From: an uncultured Rhodobacteraceae bacterium | GTDB lineage: Bacteria > Pseudomonadota > Alphaproteobacteria > Rhodobacterales > Rhodobacteraceae | NCBI GenBank assembly: GCA_947496605.1 | Contig: CANMDF010000004.1 | Location: 334,689-398,688 of the forward strand | Length of the DNA stretch: 64,000 nt | Reading direction: 5' to 3' | In this document: positions 1 to 10,034 of the stretch, one piece after another | How positions within the stretch are numbered: position 1 is the stretch's first letter | How the letters are laid out: each line of letters begins with the position of its first letter | Position numbers and translations under genes: made by a program | Notes under the pieces: model-generated | Told to the model about the DNA's origin: nothing | Database searches by the model: none | The model's input: the letters and a program-made list of their open reading frames with translations, nothing else

Positions 1-704
1 ATGCCTTCTCGCTCAGCCGCAAACCACAGCTCTGCGAGGCGGCCGGGGACCGCGTCCTGCTTCACGCCGAATGCAGGGATCGTCCAAGAGTGGATCACGT
101 CTGCTGCAGTGACCTGCATAACCACTGTCGCCCCGATAGGAACGATCACGGCTGTGTCTGTCGCCAGTAAGTATTCCTGCTGGCTGTACCCGTTCTCTTC
201 CAGTTCATCACGCGCCAGCATGTAGCTTTCGAACTCCACGCCGTGGTCGACATATTCATAGCCCCAGTACCACTGGTAGCCCGTCACTTTGATTGTGATG
301 TCAGCCTCAGGGATTTCTTGTTGCTTGAACAGCACCGGCAGCGAGAACGCACCAATAAAGACCAAGATCACGACAGGAATTACTGTCCAAGCCACCTCAA
401 GCGGTGAGTTATGCGTAAATGTCGCCGGCTCAGGGTTTCTTTTATGGTTGTAGCGGATCACAACCCACGCCAGCAGTGCCGTCACGAACAGCGTGATCAC
501 AGTACAGATAATCAAAAGCATGTTGTCGAGCCACACAACGTCCCGTGCGAGCTCGGTCGCGGAAGGTTGAAAACCCGTGCCGCGGTCAACTGGACGGCCA
601 ACAATCTCAAGCTCTTGATCGATTTGCTGTGCTGTTGCGGCGGTGCCTGCCATGATCAGACCCGCTGTGGTCCAAACTGATGCAGCGATGGTGTTCAAAC
701 GCAT
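1..704 (-). CDS. coxB: Cytochrome c oxidase (aa3) subunit II, 3' end outside window
   Basis: Manual translation from ATG at 704: MRLNTIAASVW...NSPLEVAWTVIP...IKVTGYQWYWGYEY...TAADVIHSWTIPAFGVKQDAVPGR (CuA domain). Absent from the ORF track because there is no stop in the window. Confidence 0.95.
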   Translation of the reverse strand, partial: MRLNTIAASVWTTAGLIMAGTAATAQQIDQELEIVGRPVDRGTGFQPSATELARDVVWLDNMLLIICTVITLFVTALLAWVVIRYNHKRNPEPATFTHNSPLEVAWTVIPVVILVFIGAFSLPVLFKQQEIPEADITIKVTGYQWYWGYEYVDHGVEFESYMLARDELEENGYSQQEYLLATDTAVIVPIGATVVMQVTAADVIHSWTIPAFGVKQDAVPGRLAELWFAAEREG

Positions 705-886
705 ATCATACCCTATCTTCAATGCACCTGTTGGTGCGTATCCCTGGCTTTTCCGTTCGGGCTTCGGACGGAATCCCATTGTATTCGAATGACCGTGTCC
801 CATATCCTGATAAACAACTCAAGAACCGCTGTTGCGTCAAACAGACGCTTTCGCCACAAAATTTACCTTTGCCCAAGGAAAACCGC

Positions 887-2308
887 ATGTCCGCAGACCC
901 GTTTCGCCCGTTTGAGACCAATCTTGATCAGGACACTGCCCTTGCGCTGTTGCGCGAAGCGACAGCGGGTGCCGACGATGGAGAGTTGTTCCTAGAGCGC
1001 CGCAAGTCAGAAGTGATTTCTTTTGATGATGGCCGGATCAAGACCGCCAGCTTTGATGCGTCCGAAGGCTTTGGCCTGCGTGCTGTGCGCGGGGAGACGG
1101 CAGGCTATGCCCATTCCACCACGATTGATGAACATGCATTAAAACGCGCTGTATCTACCGCCCGTTTGGCTGTTGGTGATGGTGGCGGCACGATGTCAGC
1201 TGCACCGGCAGGTACTAATCGCAAACTCTATTCAGATGATGATCCGATGTTACAGGCCACTTTCCCTGCAAAAATCGATCTGTTGCGTGAGATTGACGAA
1301 TTCGCCCGTGCGCTGGACCCCCGCGTCGTACAGGTCTCCGCCACAGTTGCTGCCTCCCATCAAGAGGTGTTGATTCTGCGACCCGAAGGCACTTTGGTCA
1401 CAGATACCCGCCCAATGGCCCGCCTGAACATTAGCGTCATCGTCGAAGAGAACGGCAAGCGCGAAAGTGGCGGTATGGGCGGTGGCGGCCGTGCCGGTCT
1501 GATTGGCCTGATTGGCCGTGATCATTGGGAACCTGTTGCGCGTGAGGCTTTGCGCATCGCGCTTGTGAACCTTGATGCCGAACCTGCCCCTGCGGGTGTG
1601 ATGGACGTGGTCCTTGGCCCCGGTTGGCCTGGCATTTTGCTGCACGAAGCGATTGGTCACGGGTTGGAAGGTGACTTTAACCGCAAGGGTTCAAGCGCTT
1701 TTGCAGGTTTGATGGGCCAGCAAATCGCCGCCAAAGGTGTGACGGTTCTGGATGATGGCACGATCCCTGATCGTCGTGGCTCAATCACAGTTGATGATGA
1801 AGGCACGCCCAGCGCCAAGAACACGCTGATCGAAGACGGTGTTTTGGTTGGCTATATGCAAGACCGCCAGAATGCCCGCCTGATGGGGGTTGCCCCAACA
1901 GGTAATGGCCGCCGCGAAAGTTATGCCCATGCGCCGATGCCGCGTATGACGAACACATATATGCTCGCGGGTGATACCGCCCCCGAGGCTTTGGTCGCTG
2001 ACCTAAAGGACGGCATTTATGCGGTCGGGTTTGGTGGAGGTCAGGTCGACATTACCAATGGGAAGTTCGTGTTTAGCTGCACAGAAGCTTACCGCGTCAA
2101 GAATGGTGTTGTTGGTGCACCCGTCAAAGGGGCCACGCTGATTGGCGATGGCGCAACTGCGTTGAAGCAAATTCGCGGCATCGGCAATGATCTTGCACTT
2201 GACCCCGGCATCGGCAACTGCGGCAAAGCCGGGCAATGGGTGCCGGTTGGCGTGGGGCAACCCAGCCTCATGATCGGCGGCTTAACGGTCGGTGGCGCAG
2301 CGGCGTAG
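887..2308 (+). CDS. tldD: Metalloprotease TldD
   Basis: GILLHEAIGHGLEGDFNRKG (HExxxH) and PMPRMTNTYM motifs. Start moved to MSADPF behind an AAGGA RBS. Confidence 0.95.
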   Translation: MSADPFRPFETNLDQDTALALLREATAGADDGELFLERRKSEVISFDDGRIKTASFDASEGFGLRAVRGETAGYAHSTTIDEHALKRAVSTARLAVGDGGGTMSAAPAGTNRKLYSDDDPMLQATFPAKIDLLREIDEFARALDPRVVQVSATVAASHQEVLILRPEGTLVTDTRPMARLNISVIVEENGKRESGGMGGGGRAGLIGLIGRDHWEPVAREALRIALVNLDAEPAPAGVMDVVLGPGWPGILLHEAIGHGLEGDFNRKGSSAFAGLMGQQIAAKGVTVLDDGTIPDRRGSITVDDEGTPSAKNTLIEDGVLVGYMQDRQNARLMGVAPTGNGRRESYAHAPMPRMTNTYMLAGDTAPEALVADLKDGIYAVGFGGGQVDITNGKFVFSCTEAYRVKNGVVGAPVKGATLIGDGATALKQIRGIGNDLALDPGIGNCGKAGQWVPVGVGQPSLMIGGLTVGGAAA

Positions 2309-2356
2309 GTCATTGATGCTTGTTTTGACGATCGGCCTAATTTTAACTTAGTTTGA

Positions 2357-2372
2357 TTCAGAACTCGTTAAC
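2357..2372 (+). promoter_or_regulatory. Putative CtrA binding site upstream of dprA
   Basis: TTCA-gaactcg-TTAAC versus consensus TTAA-N7-TTAAC (1 mismatch). A further TTAAC half-site at 2343 and an overlapping GANTC at 2355. Confidence 0.65.
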
Positions 2373-2417
2373 TTCCTTCGTTTTATTGTGACCCTGCAAT
2401 ATGACGGAGCAGACGGG

Positions 2418-3551
2418 ATGACCGGAACACACACTTCTTCCAATCACCCCCCACTCCTACCCACCATGGAAGACGACCTAGCATCTCGGCTCCGTCTATT
2501 GCGATCACGCCGGGTTGGCGTTGCAACATATCGCCGTCTGCTGGCAGAACACGGCAGTGCGGCTGATGCGTTGCGGGAATTACCGAAAGTGGCGAACGCC
2601 GCGGGCGTTTCGGACTACAAAGTGTGTCCAGAGGGCGTGGTTGCGGCTGAACTAAAGGCGGGCAAAGCTGCAGGCGCTGCGTTGATTGCGGAAGGTACGT
2701 CCAGATATCCAAAGGCCTTAGCCGATATCGCCGATAGTCCACCGCTTTTCTGGGCGCTTGGCGACATATCGCTGCTGCAACGCCAGATGATCGCACTTGT
2801 TGGCGCGCGTAATGCGTCTTCGCTGGGAACCCGCATGGCCAAGCGATTGGCCGAAGATTTGACCAAAGCGGGGTTTGTTGTCGTATCGGGTTTGGCACGC
2901 GGCATTGATGCCGCAGCACACCATGGTGCGCTGGCAGGTGGCACAATCGCCGTGATGGCCGGGGGTGTCGACAATATATACCCCGCAGAAAACACCCAAC
3001 TGGCCCAGGATATTGCCAAGAAAGGGTTGCGCCTGTCAGAGATGCCAATGGGCCTGCAACCGCAGGCACGCCATTTCCCAATGCGTAACAGAATAATTTC
3101 CGGTCTGGCCCAAGCGGTCGTTGTCGTTGAAGCTGCTGCCAAATCTGGCAGCCTGATCACGGCCCGCAATGCACTGGATCAAGGACGCGATGTGCTGGCC
3201 GTGCCCGGTCACCCATTTGATGCACGGGCTTGGGGTTGCAACATGCTGATCAAGGAAGGTGCTGCATTGGTCCGCAACGCCGAAGATGTGATTGATATGG
3301 TAACGCCTGTCGCGGAACCTGCACCTGAACTTGAATTGGGACGGCCCAAACCAAACCCGCGCAGTTTGCGCGATGTAGCGGCACTTCATTCAGAAATATT
3401 AGCGCGACTTGGCAGTGCGCCTGTGGCCGAAGATCAGCTACTGCGCGACATCAAAGCTGCTGCTATAGATGTGGCCCCTGTCCTGGTGGACCTTGAACTT
3501 GAAGGCAAAATCACACGACAAGCCGGTGGTTTATTGGCCCGCATTGTCTGA
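2418..3551 (+). CDS. dprA: DNA-processing protein DprA/Smf
   Basis: IALVGARNAS, VVSGLARGIDAAAH, FPMRNRIISG, VVEAAAKSGSLITA motifs and a C-terminal winged helix. Start could be 2388 or 2418. Confidence 0.95.
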   Translation: MTGTHTSSNHPPLLPTMEDDLASRLRLLRSRRVGVATYRRLLAEHGSAADALRELPKVANAAGVSDYKVCPEGVVAAELKAGKAAGAALIAEGTSRYPKALADIADSPPLFWALGDISLLQRQMIALVGARNASSLGTRMAKRLAEDLTKAGFVVVSGLARGIDAAAHHGALAGGTIAVMAGGVDNIYPAENTQLAQDIAKKGLRLSEMPMGLQPQARHFPMRNRIISGLAQAVVVVEAAAKSGSLITARNALDQGRDVLAVPGHPFDARAWGCNMLIKEGAALVRNAEDVIDMVTPVAEPAPELELGRPKPNPRSLRDVAALHSEILARLGSAPVAEDQLLRDIKAAAIDVAPVLVDLELEGKITRQAGGLLARIV

Positions 3552-3657
3552 ATTTTCGGGCTAAGTTCTACAAAGAAATTTCCCCTCATTGACATTCGGC
3601 AGGCAGACGCCACATCTTGCCCGACCTAAGGACCCCTATTTTTCGTAAAGGATTCTC

Positions 3658-6258
3658 ATGCCTGTTGTCGTTGTCGAATCCCCTGCGAAGGCCAAGAAAA
3701 TAAACGGATATCTGGGTAGTAATTATACTGTCCTTGCATCTTACGGGCACGTCCGTGACTTGCCGCCAAAAGACGGTTCTGTCCTGCCAGACGAAGATTT
3801 CGACATGAAATGGGAAATCGCGTCAGACAGCAAAAAACACATCAAAGCGATTGTCGACGCCCTAAAAAATGACAACGAACTGATCCTCGCTACCGACCCC
3901 GACCGCGAAGGCGAGGCCATTTCTTGGCACCTGACCGAGGCATTGCTGGCTAAGAAGGCGATCAAGAAAGACACGCCCATCAGCCGCGTTGTTTTTAATG
4001 CGATTACAAAGTCTGCTGTGACTGATGCGATGGCCAACCCCCGCCAGGTCGACCAACCATTGGTCGAGGCCTATCTGGCCCGCCGTGCGCTGGATTATCT
4101 GGTTGGCTTTAACCTGTCGCCCGTCCTTTGGCGCAAATTGCCAGGTGCAAAATCAGCGGGCCGTGTGCAATCGGTCTGTCTGCGCATCATCGTCGAGCGT
4201 GAGATGGAAATCGAAGCGTTCCGCAACCGCGAATATTGGACCGTCAAAGCATTGATGCAGTCCCCGCGCGGCCAAACCTATGAGGCCCGTTTGACGACAC
4301 TTGCTGGCAAAAAGCTGGACAAGTTTGATCTTGAGAATGCAACGCAGGCAGAATTGGCTGTTCAGGCGATCAATTCACGCGACCTGGTGATCAAATCGGT
4401 TGAAGCGAAGCCTGCGACCCGCAATCCATCGCCGCCCTTTATGACCTCTACTTTGCAGCAAGAGGCCAGCCGCAAATTTGGTATGGGCGCCAAGCAGACA
4501 ATGGGCGTCGCCCAGCGTTTGTATGAGGCGGGCCTGATTACCTACATGCGGACCGACGGCATTGATATGGCCCCTGAGGCGGTGACCGGTGCACGTGATG
4601 CGATCAAAGCCAAGTTCGGCACAGAATATCTGCCCGATCAGCCGCGTATTTATAAAAACAAAGCCAAGAACGCCCAAGAAGCGCACGAATGTATTCGCCC
4701 GACCGAAATGGATGTCAGTACTGAGGACGCCAAAATCGTCGATGCGGATCAGCGCAAGCTTTATGATCTGATCTATAAACGCACGATGGCCAGCCAGATG
4801 GCTGCGGCGCGGTTAGAGCGGACGGTGGTTGATATCACCAGTGCCGACGAACAAGTGATTTTGCGCGCCAATGGGCAGGTCATGGTGTTTGACGGCTTTA
4901 TCGCGATTTATGAAGAAGGCAAGGACGATAGTGTTGTCGATGATGACGACAAGCGCTTGCCGCAATTGGCCGAAGGTGAAAAGGCCGAAAAGAAAACGGT
5001 CGATCCAGAACAGCACTTTACCCAGCCCCCACCGCGTTACACCGAAGCGACTTTGGTCAAGCGTATGGAAGAATTGGGCATTGGCCGCCCCTCGACCTAT
5101 GCGTCGATCGTGACCACCATTCAGGACCGTGGCTATGTTGAGAAAGACAAGAATCGCCTGATCCCGCAAGATAAGGGCCGTTTGGTCACGGCATTCCTCA
5201 CCAATTATTTCCGCAAGTATATCGGGTACGACTTTACCGCCGAGCTTGAAAACCAGCTGGACGAAGTCAGTGCAGGTGACGCGGATTATAAGAAAGTCCT
5301 CGCGCAGTTCTGGCGCGATTTCTCTGCCTCGATTGCCGAAACCGCAGATTTACGCATCACCGAGGTGCTGGAAAAGATCAACGATGTGCTGGAACCACAT
5401 TTGTTCCCGCCGCTCGAAGATGGTGGCGATCCGCGTCTTTGTCCGAACTGCGGTGTGGGCCGGTTGTCGATGCGTACCGCCCGCGCGGGTGGTGCCTTTA
5501 TTGGTTGTTCCAACTATCCCGAATGCCGCTACACCCGCGCGTTTGGGCCGCCAGATCCTGAGGCCGAAGCGTCGGCTATTCCACCAGAAGGTAAACTGCT
5601 GGGCACGGATCAGGGCGATGAAATCCGCATCTTTAAGGGCCGCTTTGGCCCCTATGCGCAGCGCGGCGAAGTGACCGAAGAAAACAAAAAACCACCGCGC
5701 CAAGGTGTGCCTGAGGGTTGGGAGCCTGAGGAGGTGACCCTCGATCAAGCCTTGATGTTACTGTCCTTGCCCCGTGAATTGGGCCCCCACCCCGAAGATG
5801 GTGTGATGGTTTGGGCCAACCTTGGGCGCTATGGCCCCTACCTGAAACATGCCGAAAGCACCTCACACCGTGGCGGCACCAACGCCAACCTTGAGAGTAT
5901 CGACGAGGTATGGACCGTCGGCATGAACCGCGCCGTGCAATTGCTGGCCGAAAAGGTGGCGTCACGTGGCCAACGCGGCAAGGCTGCTTTGCCTGTGCGT
6001 GAACTGGGCGAACACCCTGAGGCGGGCGGCCCGGTCAATATCTTTGACGGCAAATACGGCCCTTATGTGAAATGGGAAAAGATCAACGCAACGATCCCCG
6101 ACACGATTGAGCCATCTGAACTGACGATGGCGCAGGCCGTGCATTTGATCGATGAACGCGCCGAGAAGGCAGGTAAGAAGAAGCCTGCGAAGAAAAAGGC
6201 GCCAGCCAAGAAGAAGACGGCAGCGAAAAAGAAACCTGCTGCAAAGAAGGCGAGCTAG
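3658..6258 (+). CDS. topA: DNA topoisomerase I
   Basis: TOPRIM VVVESPAKAK, LATDPDREGE, ITYMRTD active-site Tyr, CPNC/GCSNYPEC zinc ribbon, Lys/Ala-rich tail. Confidence 0.98.
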   Translation: MPVVVVESPAKAKKINGYLGSNYTVLASYGHVRDLPPKDGSVLPDEDFDMKWEIASDSKKHIKAIVDALKNDNELILATDPDREGEAISWHLTEALLAKKAIKKDTPISRVVFNAITKSAVTDAMANPRQVDQPLVEAYLARRALDYLVGFNLSPVLWRKLPGAKSAGRVQSVCLRIIVEREMEIEAFRNREYWTVKALMQSPRGQTYEARLTTLAGKKLDKFDLENATQAELAVQAINSRDLVIKSVEAKPATRNPSPPFMTSTLQQEASRKFGMGAKQTMGVAQRLYEAGLITYMRTDGIDMAPEAVTGARDAIKAKFGTEYLPDQPRIYKNKAKNAQEAHECIRPTEMDVSTEDAKIVDADQRKLYDLIYKRTMASQMAAARLERTVVDITSADEQVILRANGQVMVFDGFIAIYEEGKDDSVVDDDDKRLPQLAEGEKAEKKTVDPEQHFTQPPPRYTEATLVKRMEELGIGRPSTYASIVTTIQDRGYVEKDKNRLIPQDKGRLVTAFLTNYFRKYIGYDFTAELENQLDEVSAGDADYKKVLAQFWRDFSASIAETADLRITEVLEKINDVLEPHLFPPLEDGGDPRLCPNCGVGRLSMRTARAGGAFIGCSNYPECRYTRAFGPPDPEAEASAIPPEGKLLGTDQGDEIRIFKGRFGPYAQRGEVTEENKKPPRQGVPEGWEPEEVTLDQALMLLSLPRELGPHPEDGVMVWANLGRYGPYLKHAESTSHRGGTNANLESIDEVWTVGMNRAVQLLAEKVASRGQRGKAALPVRELGEHPEAGGPVNIFDGKYGPYVKWEKINATIPDTIEPSELTMAQAVHLIDERAEKAGKKKPAKKKAPAKKKTAAKKKPAAKKAS

Positions 6259-6340
6259 ACCTTTCTGCAACGCGGCATTTTATTGACTCTCTCTGGCTTG
6301 GGCGGCACAACATCCCAAACCACGCCGGAGAGTTCGCCCT

Positions 6341-7036
6341 ATGAAGAAGATTTATCCTAACGCGGCTGCCGCCCTTGATGGGCTTTTGCATGACGGCATG
6401 TTCATTGCCGCCGGCGGTTTTGGCCTTTGCGGCATTCCTGAATTGTTGCTGGATGCGATCAAAGAGTCTGGCACCAAAGATCTGACTTTTGCCTCCAATA
6501 ACGCAGGCGTTGATGATTTTGGCATTGGCATTCTGTTGCAAACCCGGCAGGTCAAAAAGATGATCAGCTCTTATGTCGGCGAGAACGCCGAATTTATGCG
6601 CCAGTATCTGTCCGGTGAGTTGGAGCTAGAATTTAACCCCCAAGGTACGCTGGCGGAACGTATGCGCGCTGGCGGCTGCGGAATCCCCGGTTTTTATACA
6701 AAGACTGGTGTGGGTACTGTGATTGCCGATGGCAAAGAGCACAAAGACTTCAATGGGCAGACCTACATTATGGAAGAAGGCATTTTTGCTGATCTTTCCA
6801 TCGTGAAGGCTTGGAAAGCGGACGAGACCGGCAATCTGGTCTTCCGCAAGACGGCCCGCAATTTTAATCCACCTGCTGCGATGTGCGGGAAAACCTGTGT
6901 CGTTGAGGTCGAAGAGATCGTGCCAACGGGGTCGCTTGATCCCGATAGCATTCACCTGCCCGGTATCTATGTGAACCGCTTGATCCAAGGCGATCATGAA
7001 AAGCGCATTGAGCAACGTACAGTGAGGAGCGCATAA
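6341..7036 (+). CDS. scoA: 3-oxoacid CoA-transferase subunit A
   Basis: [23 protein letters not shown] motifs. Confidence 0.9.
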   Translation: MKKIYPNAAAALDGLLHDGMFIAAGGFGLCGIPELLLDAIKESGTKDLTFASNNAGVDDFGIGILLQTRQVKKMISSYVGENAEFMRQYLSGELELEFNPQGTLAERMRAGGCGIPGFYTKTGVGTVIADGKEHKDFNGQTYIMEEGIFADLSIVKAWKADETGNLVFRKTARNFNPPAAMCGKTCVVEVEEIVPTGSLDPDSIHLPGIYVNRLIQGDHEKRIEQRTVRSA

Positions 7037-7037
7037 G

Positions 7038-7661
7038 ATGTGGGATCGCAATCAAATGGCCGCACGCGCCGCACAAGAACTGCAAGATGGCTGGTATGTG
7101 AACCTTGGCATTGGCATTCCAACTTTGGTGTCGAACTATATCCCTGAGGGGATCGAGGTCACTTTGCAGTCCGAGAACGGCATGCTGGGCATGGGCCCTT
7201 TTCCGATTGACGGCGAAGAAGACGCCGACCTGATCAATGCAGGCAAGCAGACCATCACTGAATTGCCCCAAACTGCGTATTTCGATAGCGCCCAATCCTT
7301 TGGCATGATCCGAGGCGGCAAGATCGCGATGGCGATCCTTGGTGCCATGGAAGTGGCCGAGAATGGCGATCTGGCGAACTGGATGATTCCCGGCAAGCTG
7401 GTCAAAGGCATGGGGGGTGCCATGGATTTGGTCGCCGGTGTTGGCCGCGTAGTGGTCGTGATGGATCACACCAACAAACACGGTGTCAGCAAAGTTCTGA
7501 AGGAGTGTACCCTGCCACTCACTGGTAAAGGTGTCGTTGATCGCATCATTACGAATATGGGCGTTTTGGATGTTGTTGAGGGTGGTCTAAAAATCGTTGA
7601 GACCGCCGAAGGTGTTTCTGAAGACGAACTGCGCGCAGCGACGGAAGCAGCGATTGTCTGA
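7038..7661 (+). CDS. scoB: 3-oxoacid CoA-transferase subunit B
   Basis: [15 protein letters not shown] (catalytic Glu), [10 protein letters not shown]. Confidence 0.9.
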   Translation: MWDRNQMAARAAQELQDGWYVNLGIGIPTLVSNYIPEGIEVTLQSENGMLGMGPFPIDGEEDADLINAGKQTITELPQTAYFDSAQSFGMIRGGKIAMAILGAMEVAENGDLANWMIPGKLVKGMGGAMDLVAGVGRVVVVMDHTNKHGVSKVLKECTLPLTGKGVVDRIITNMGVLDVVEGGLKIVETAEGVSEDELRAATEAAIV

Positions 7662-7944
7662 TCTTTCCGTTATGCACGAAGTGAGCGGCACAAAAGGTCG
7701 CTATTATATAGTGCATGTTTCGGGTGAGAGTGAGCTGACCTACTCCATCATGTCGCCCAAACAGGTGATTGCCGACCATACACAAGTTGCCAGCGGACAC
7801 GAAGGCGAGGGCATTGGTTTGATGATGTTGCGCGAAATGGTGGCTGATGCACGCAGCAATGGGCGCCAGATCGTGCCGCTTTGCCCCTTTGTGAATGCCC
7901 AACGTCGCAAGCATCCTGAATGGGCCGACGCGTTTTCGGTCTAA
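7654..7944 (+). CDS. Small GNAT-family N-acetyltransferase (YjdJ-like)
   Basis: ADHTQV...GEGIG...IVPLCPFV pattern. Start uncertain (TTG 7654 or ATG 7672). Confidence 0.8.
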   Translation: MSDLSVMHEVSGTKGRYYIVHVSGESELTYSIMSPKQVIADHTQVASGHEGEGIGLMMLREMVADARSNGRQIVPLCPFVNAQRRKHPEWADAFSV

Positions 7945-8798
7945 ATTCCGTTTACGTTGAAGACACAGGCGTCCGTGATCAATTCAGGAGGTGTTTGGCA
8001 AAGCCCTTTGGCGACCTGCCATGCAGCTAAGACCTTGGGCACATAGGCCCGTGTTTCTGGAAATGGTGGGATGCCCTCATAGCGGCGCACGTTGCCTTCG
8101 CCGGCATTGTAGCCAGCCAAGGCCAAGAGTGGATCGTTATCAAAGTGATTCAGCAGCCATTCAAGATAGGCAACGCCACCTTTGATGTTTTGTGCCCCGT
8201 CCGTGCTATCGGTCACACCAAAGCGTGTCGCGGTCGCCGGCATCAACTGCATTAGCCCGGTGGCCCCGGCAGAACTGACGGCATCGACACGTCCTGCGCT
8301 TTCAACTGAAATGACTGCAAGAACCAGTGCAGGGGATATTGGTGTGCCGACAGTCTCAAGCAAGATGCTGCGCCCGTGTATGGATGCGATATCTTGCAAA
8401 GACTGTAATCGTGGTGATGGGACGCCTTTGCCGGATGGGGCTTTGTTGAGCTGTGACATCGCGAGTTGGAAGCGTACCGGACCTTGCTCATCCAGTTTTG
8501 TCGGGACTGTCGTCCAAAACCACTCCAGACCAGATGGTTGCGGCACGACAATTGGGCTTCCAACTGCCGCAGGTGCGGCTTCGGGCTCTTCTTCTGATTC
8601 TGGCCTGTTGTCGAAGGCAGACCCCAGTCGCGGCGCATTTGGATCGATCTGAACAGTGATCCGACTACCCGAATCTCCGCTTGGGACTGGAATGCGTTTG
8701 AACGTATAGTCCGGCAAAAGCCGATCATCATCCGCCAAGACAGGCATAGATCCAAGAATCGCGCATAAAAGAGCTGCGCTCGTTAATTTCCGACTCAT
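7941..8798 (-). CDS. Lytic transglycosylase (SLT domain), secreted
   Basis: Signal peptide; AVISVES (catalytic Glu), GATGLMQLMPATA, ALAGYNAGEG, ETRAYV. Confidence 0.92.
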   Translation of the reverse strand: MSRKLTSAALLCAILGSMPVLADDDRLLPDYTFKRIPVPSGDSGSRITVQIDPNAPRLGSAFDNRPESEEEPEAAPAAVGSPIVVPQPSGLEWFWTTVPTKLDEQGPVRFQLAMSQLNKAPSGKGVPSPRLQSLQDIASIHGRSILLETVGTPISPALVLAVISVESAGRVDAVSSAGATGLMQLMPATATRFGVTDSTDGAQNIKGGVAYLEWLLNHFDNDPLLALAGYNAGEGNVRRYEGIPPFPETRAYVPKVLAAWQVAKGLCQTPPELITDACVFNVNGI

Positions 8799-9152
8799 TT
8801 TTCGACCTGCTCTGCGGTTCTTGTTAATTTAAAGATGGCAGAAAGCGGCCAAGATTCCAGTAATTAAGGAACAATGGGGCCGTTTTTGCTTGTATTGACG
8901 GCATTCTAGCAACTAATGGCTGCGAAAATGAACGAAAGATGAATATTTCTTTCATTTAAAAACAAACACTTATCTGATCGTAAGCCGGATTCCGCGATTT
9001 GGGCGCAAAAAAAGATTTGATGCCAAACTCCCGCCCCATTCAAATGGCTATATGTCTGCATCCAAGACGGTGTTCGCGTTAGCGTAACAAGTAAACTGAT
9101 GCCGACGCGGAACGAAAACAAAACCTGCTAATACCCTGAGGAGGGAATTCTA

Positions 9153-9344
9153 ATGCTTAACTTTATCAAAAACTTCCGTAACGACGAAGACGGTGCCGTA
9201 ACAGTTGACTTCGTAGTTCTGACAGCTGCAATCGTTGTTCTGGGCCTCGCAGTAGGTAGCGCAGTAAGCACTGGCGCAACTAACCTGGCCAACGACATTC
9301 GTCAGGACCTGAACGCTCAGTGTTCCGGCGGTTCTTGCTCATAA
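9153..9344 (+). CDS. Flp/Fap pilin 1 (probable major pilin)
   Basis: FRNDEDG|AVTVDFVVLTAAIV prepilin motif, GAGGAGG RBS, codon usage typical of highly expressed genes, own terminator. Confidence 0.9.
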   Translation: MLNFIKNFRNDEDGAVTVDFVVLTAAIVVLGLAVGSAVSTGATNLANDIRQDLNAQCSGGSCS

Positions 9345-9376
9345 TCGCATCTCTATGATTGCGTAGTGTACTATTG

Positions 9377-9408
9377 GTAGCGCCGCCAGATGGCGGCGCT
9401 ACTTTATT
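9377..9408 (+). terminator. Intrinsic terminator after pilin 1
   Basis: GTAGCGCCGCC-agat-GGCGGCGCTAC (11-bp stem) followed by TTTATT. Confidence 0.8.
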
Positions 9409-9536
9409 AACCGGTATCCTGTAAACGACTATACGACCCCTCCAATTTTGGTGGAATCGTTGAACCGCTTGGTGATCTGACATCATCTAGCCCGTGCCTT
9501 AAATGCAGAATTTGCAGAATAGGATTTAGGACAGCC

Positions 9537-9728
9537 ATGAAGACCTTTCTCATCACATTTCTTTCTGACGACGATGGTGCAATCACAGTTGACTTCGTTG
9601 TCTTGACTGCTGCGATCTGTCTGCTTGGTGCAGCTGTGGTCAATGCCTTCTCTGGCGAGCCAATTAGAATGGCAAATAACATGTCGAATTTCATGGAAAG
9701 TCAGTGCTCGGGTGGCGTCTGCGATTAA
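9537..9728 (+). CDS. Flp/Fap pilin 2 (paralogue)
   Basis: DDDG|AITVDFVVLTAAI; same length (63 aa) as pilin 1; AGGA RBS. Confidence 0.88.
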   Translation: MKTFLITFLSDDDGAITVDFVVLTAAICLLGAAVVNAFSGEPIRMANNMSNFMESQCSGGVCD

Positions 9729-9954
9729 ACTTCGACTGCCCGTATTGGCCAACTTTGCTGAAAGACATCATTCTTTGATGTTGTTCGATCAGACCTTTTC
9801 GACGACTGTGGGTTGAAGCCGCGAACGAACCTCACTTTGGACACAATTCTCGCATCTGCTGTGCGCGCGGTTGTAAACTGATTGCGTCAGTCCACGACAC
9901 AATATAAATCGCTATATGATGCACAACAAATGTTGGGGGCGTTCTGCTTTGCTA

Positions 9955-9970
9955 TTAGCGGGATATTAGC
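9955..9970 (+). promoter_or_regulatory. Possible CtrA-like site upstream of cpaB
   Basis: TTAG-cgggata-TTAGC: direct repeat with the 11-bp period of TTAA-N7-TTAAC, 2 mismatches. Confidence 0.4.
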
Positions 9971-10034
9971 CAACAAGATCTAATGTGTTAGAAATTCGTT
10001 GCCCCTTCGCGGGTGAATGGCAAGAGGTTAAGTG

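Noticed and set aside
705-886. FNR box upstream of coxB
   Set aside because: No TTGAT-N4-ATCAA match; only a hairpin at about 751-773.
6175-6258. AAG-rich tandem repeats at the topA end, the Pro-rich tolA linker and the GGM repeats of groEL
   Set aside because: Ordinary low-complexity protein tails or linkers, not DNA repeat arrays.
8799-9152. CtrA full site or c-di-GMP riboswitch in the SLT/pilin spacer
   Set aside because: TTAA half-sites (8824, 8829, 8864, 8956) are never 11 bp apart, and no GEMM core is visible.
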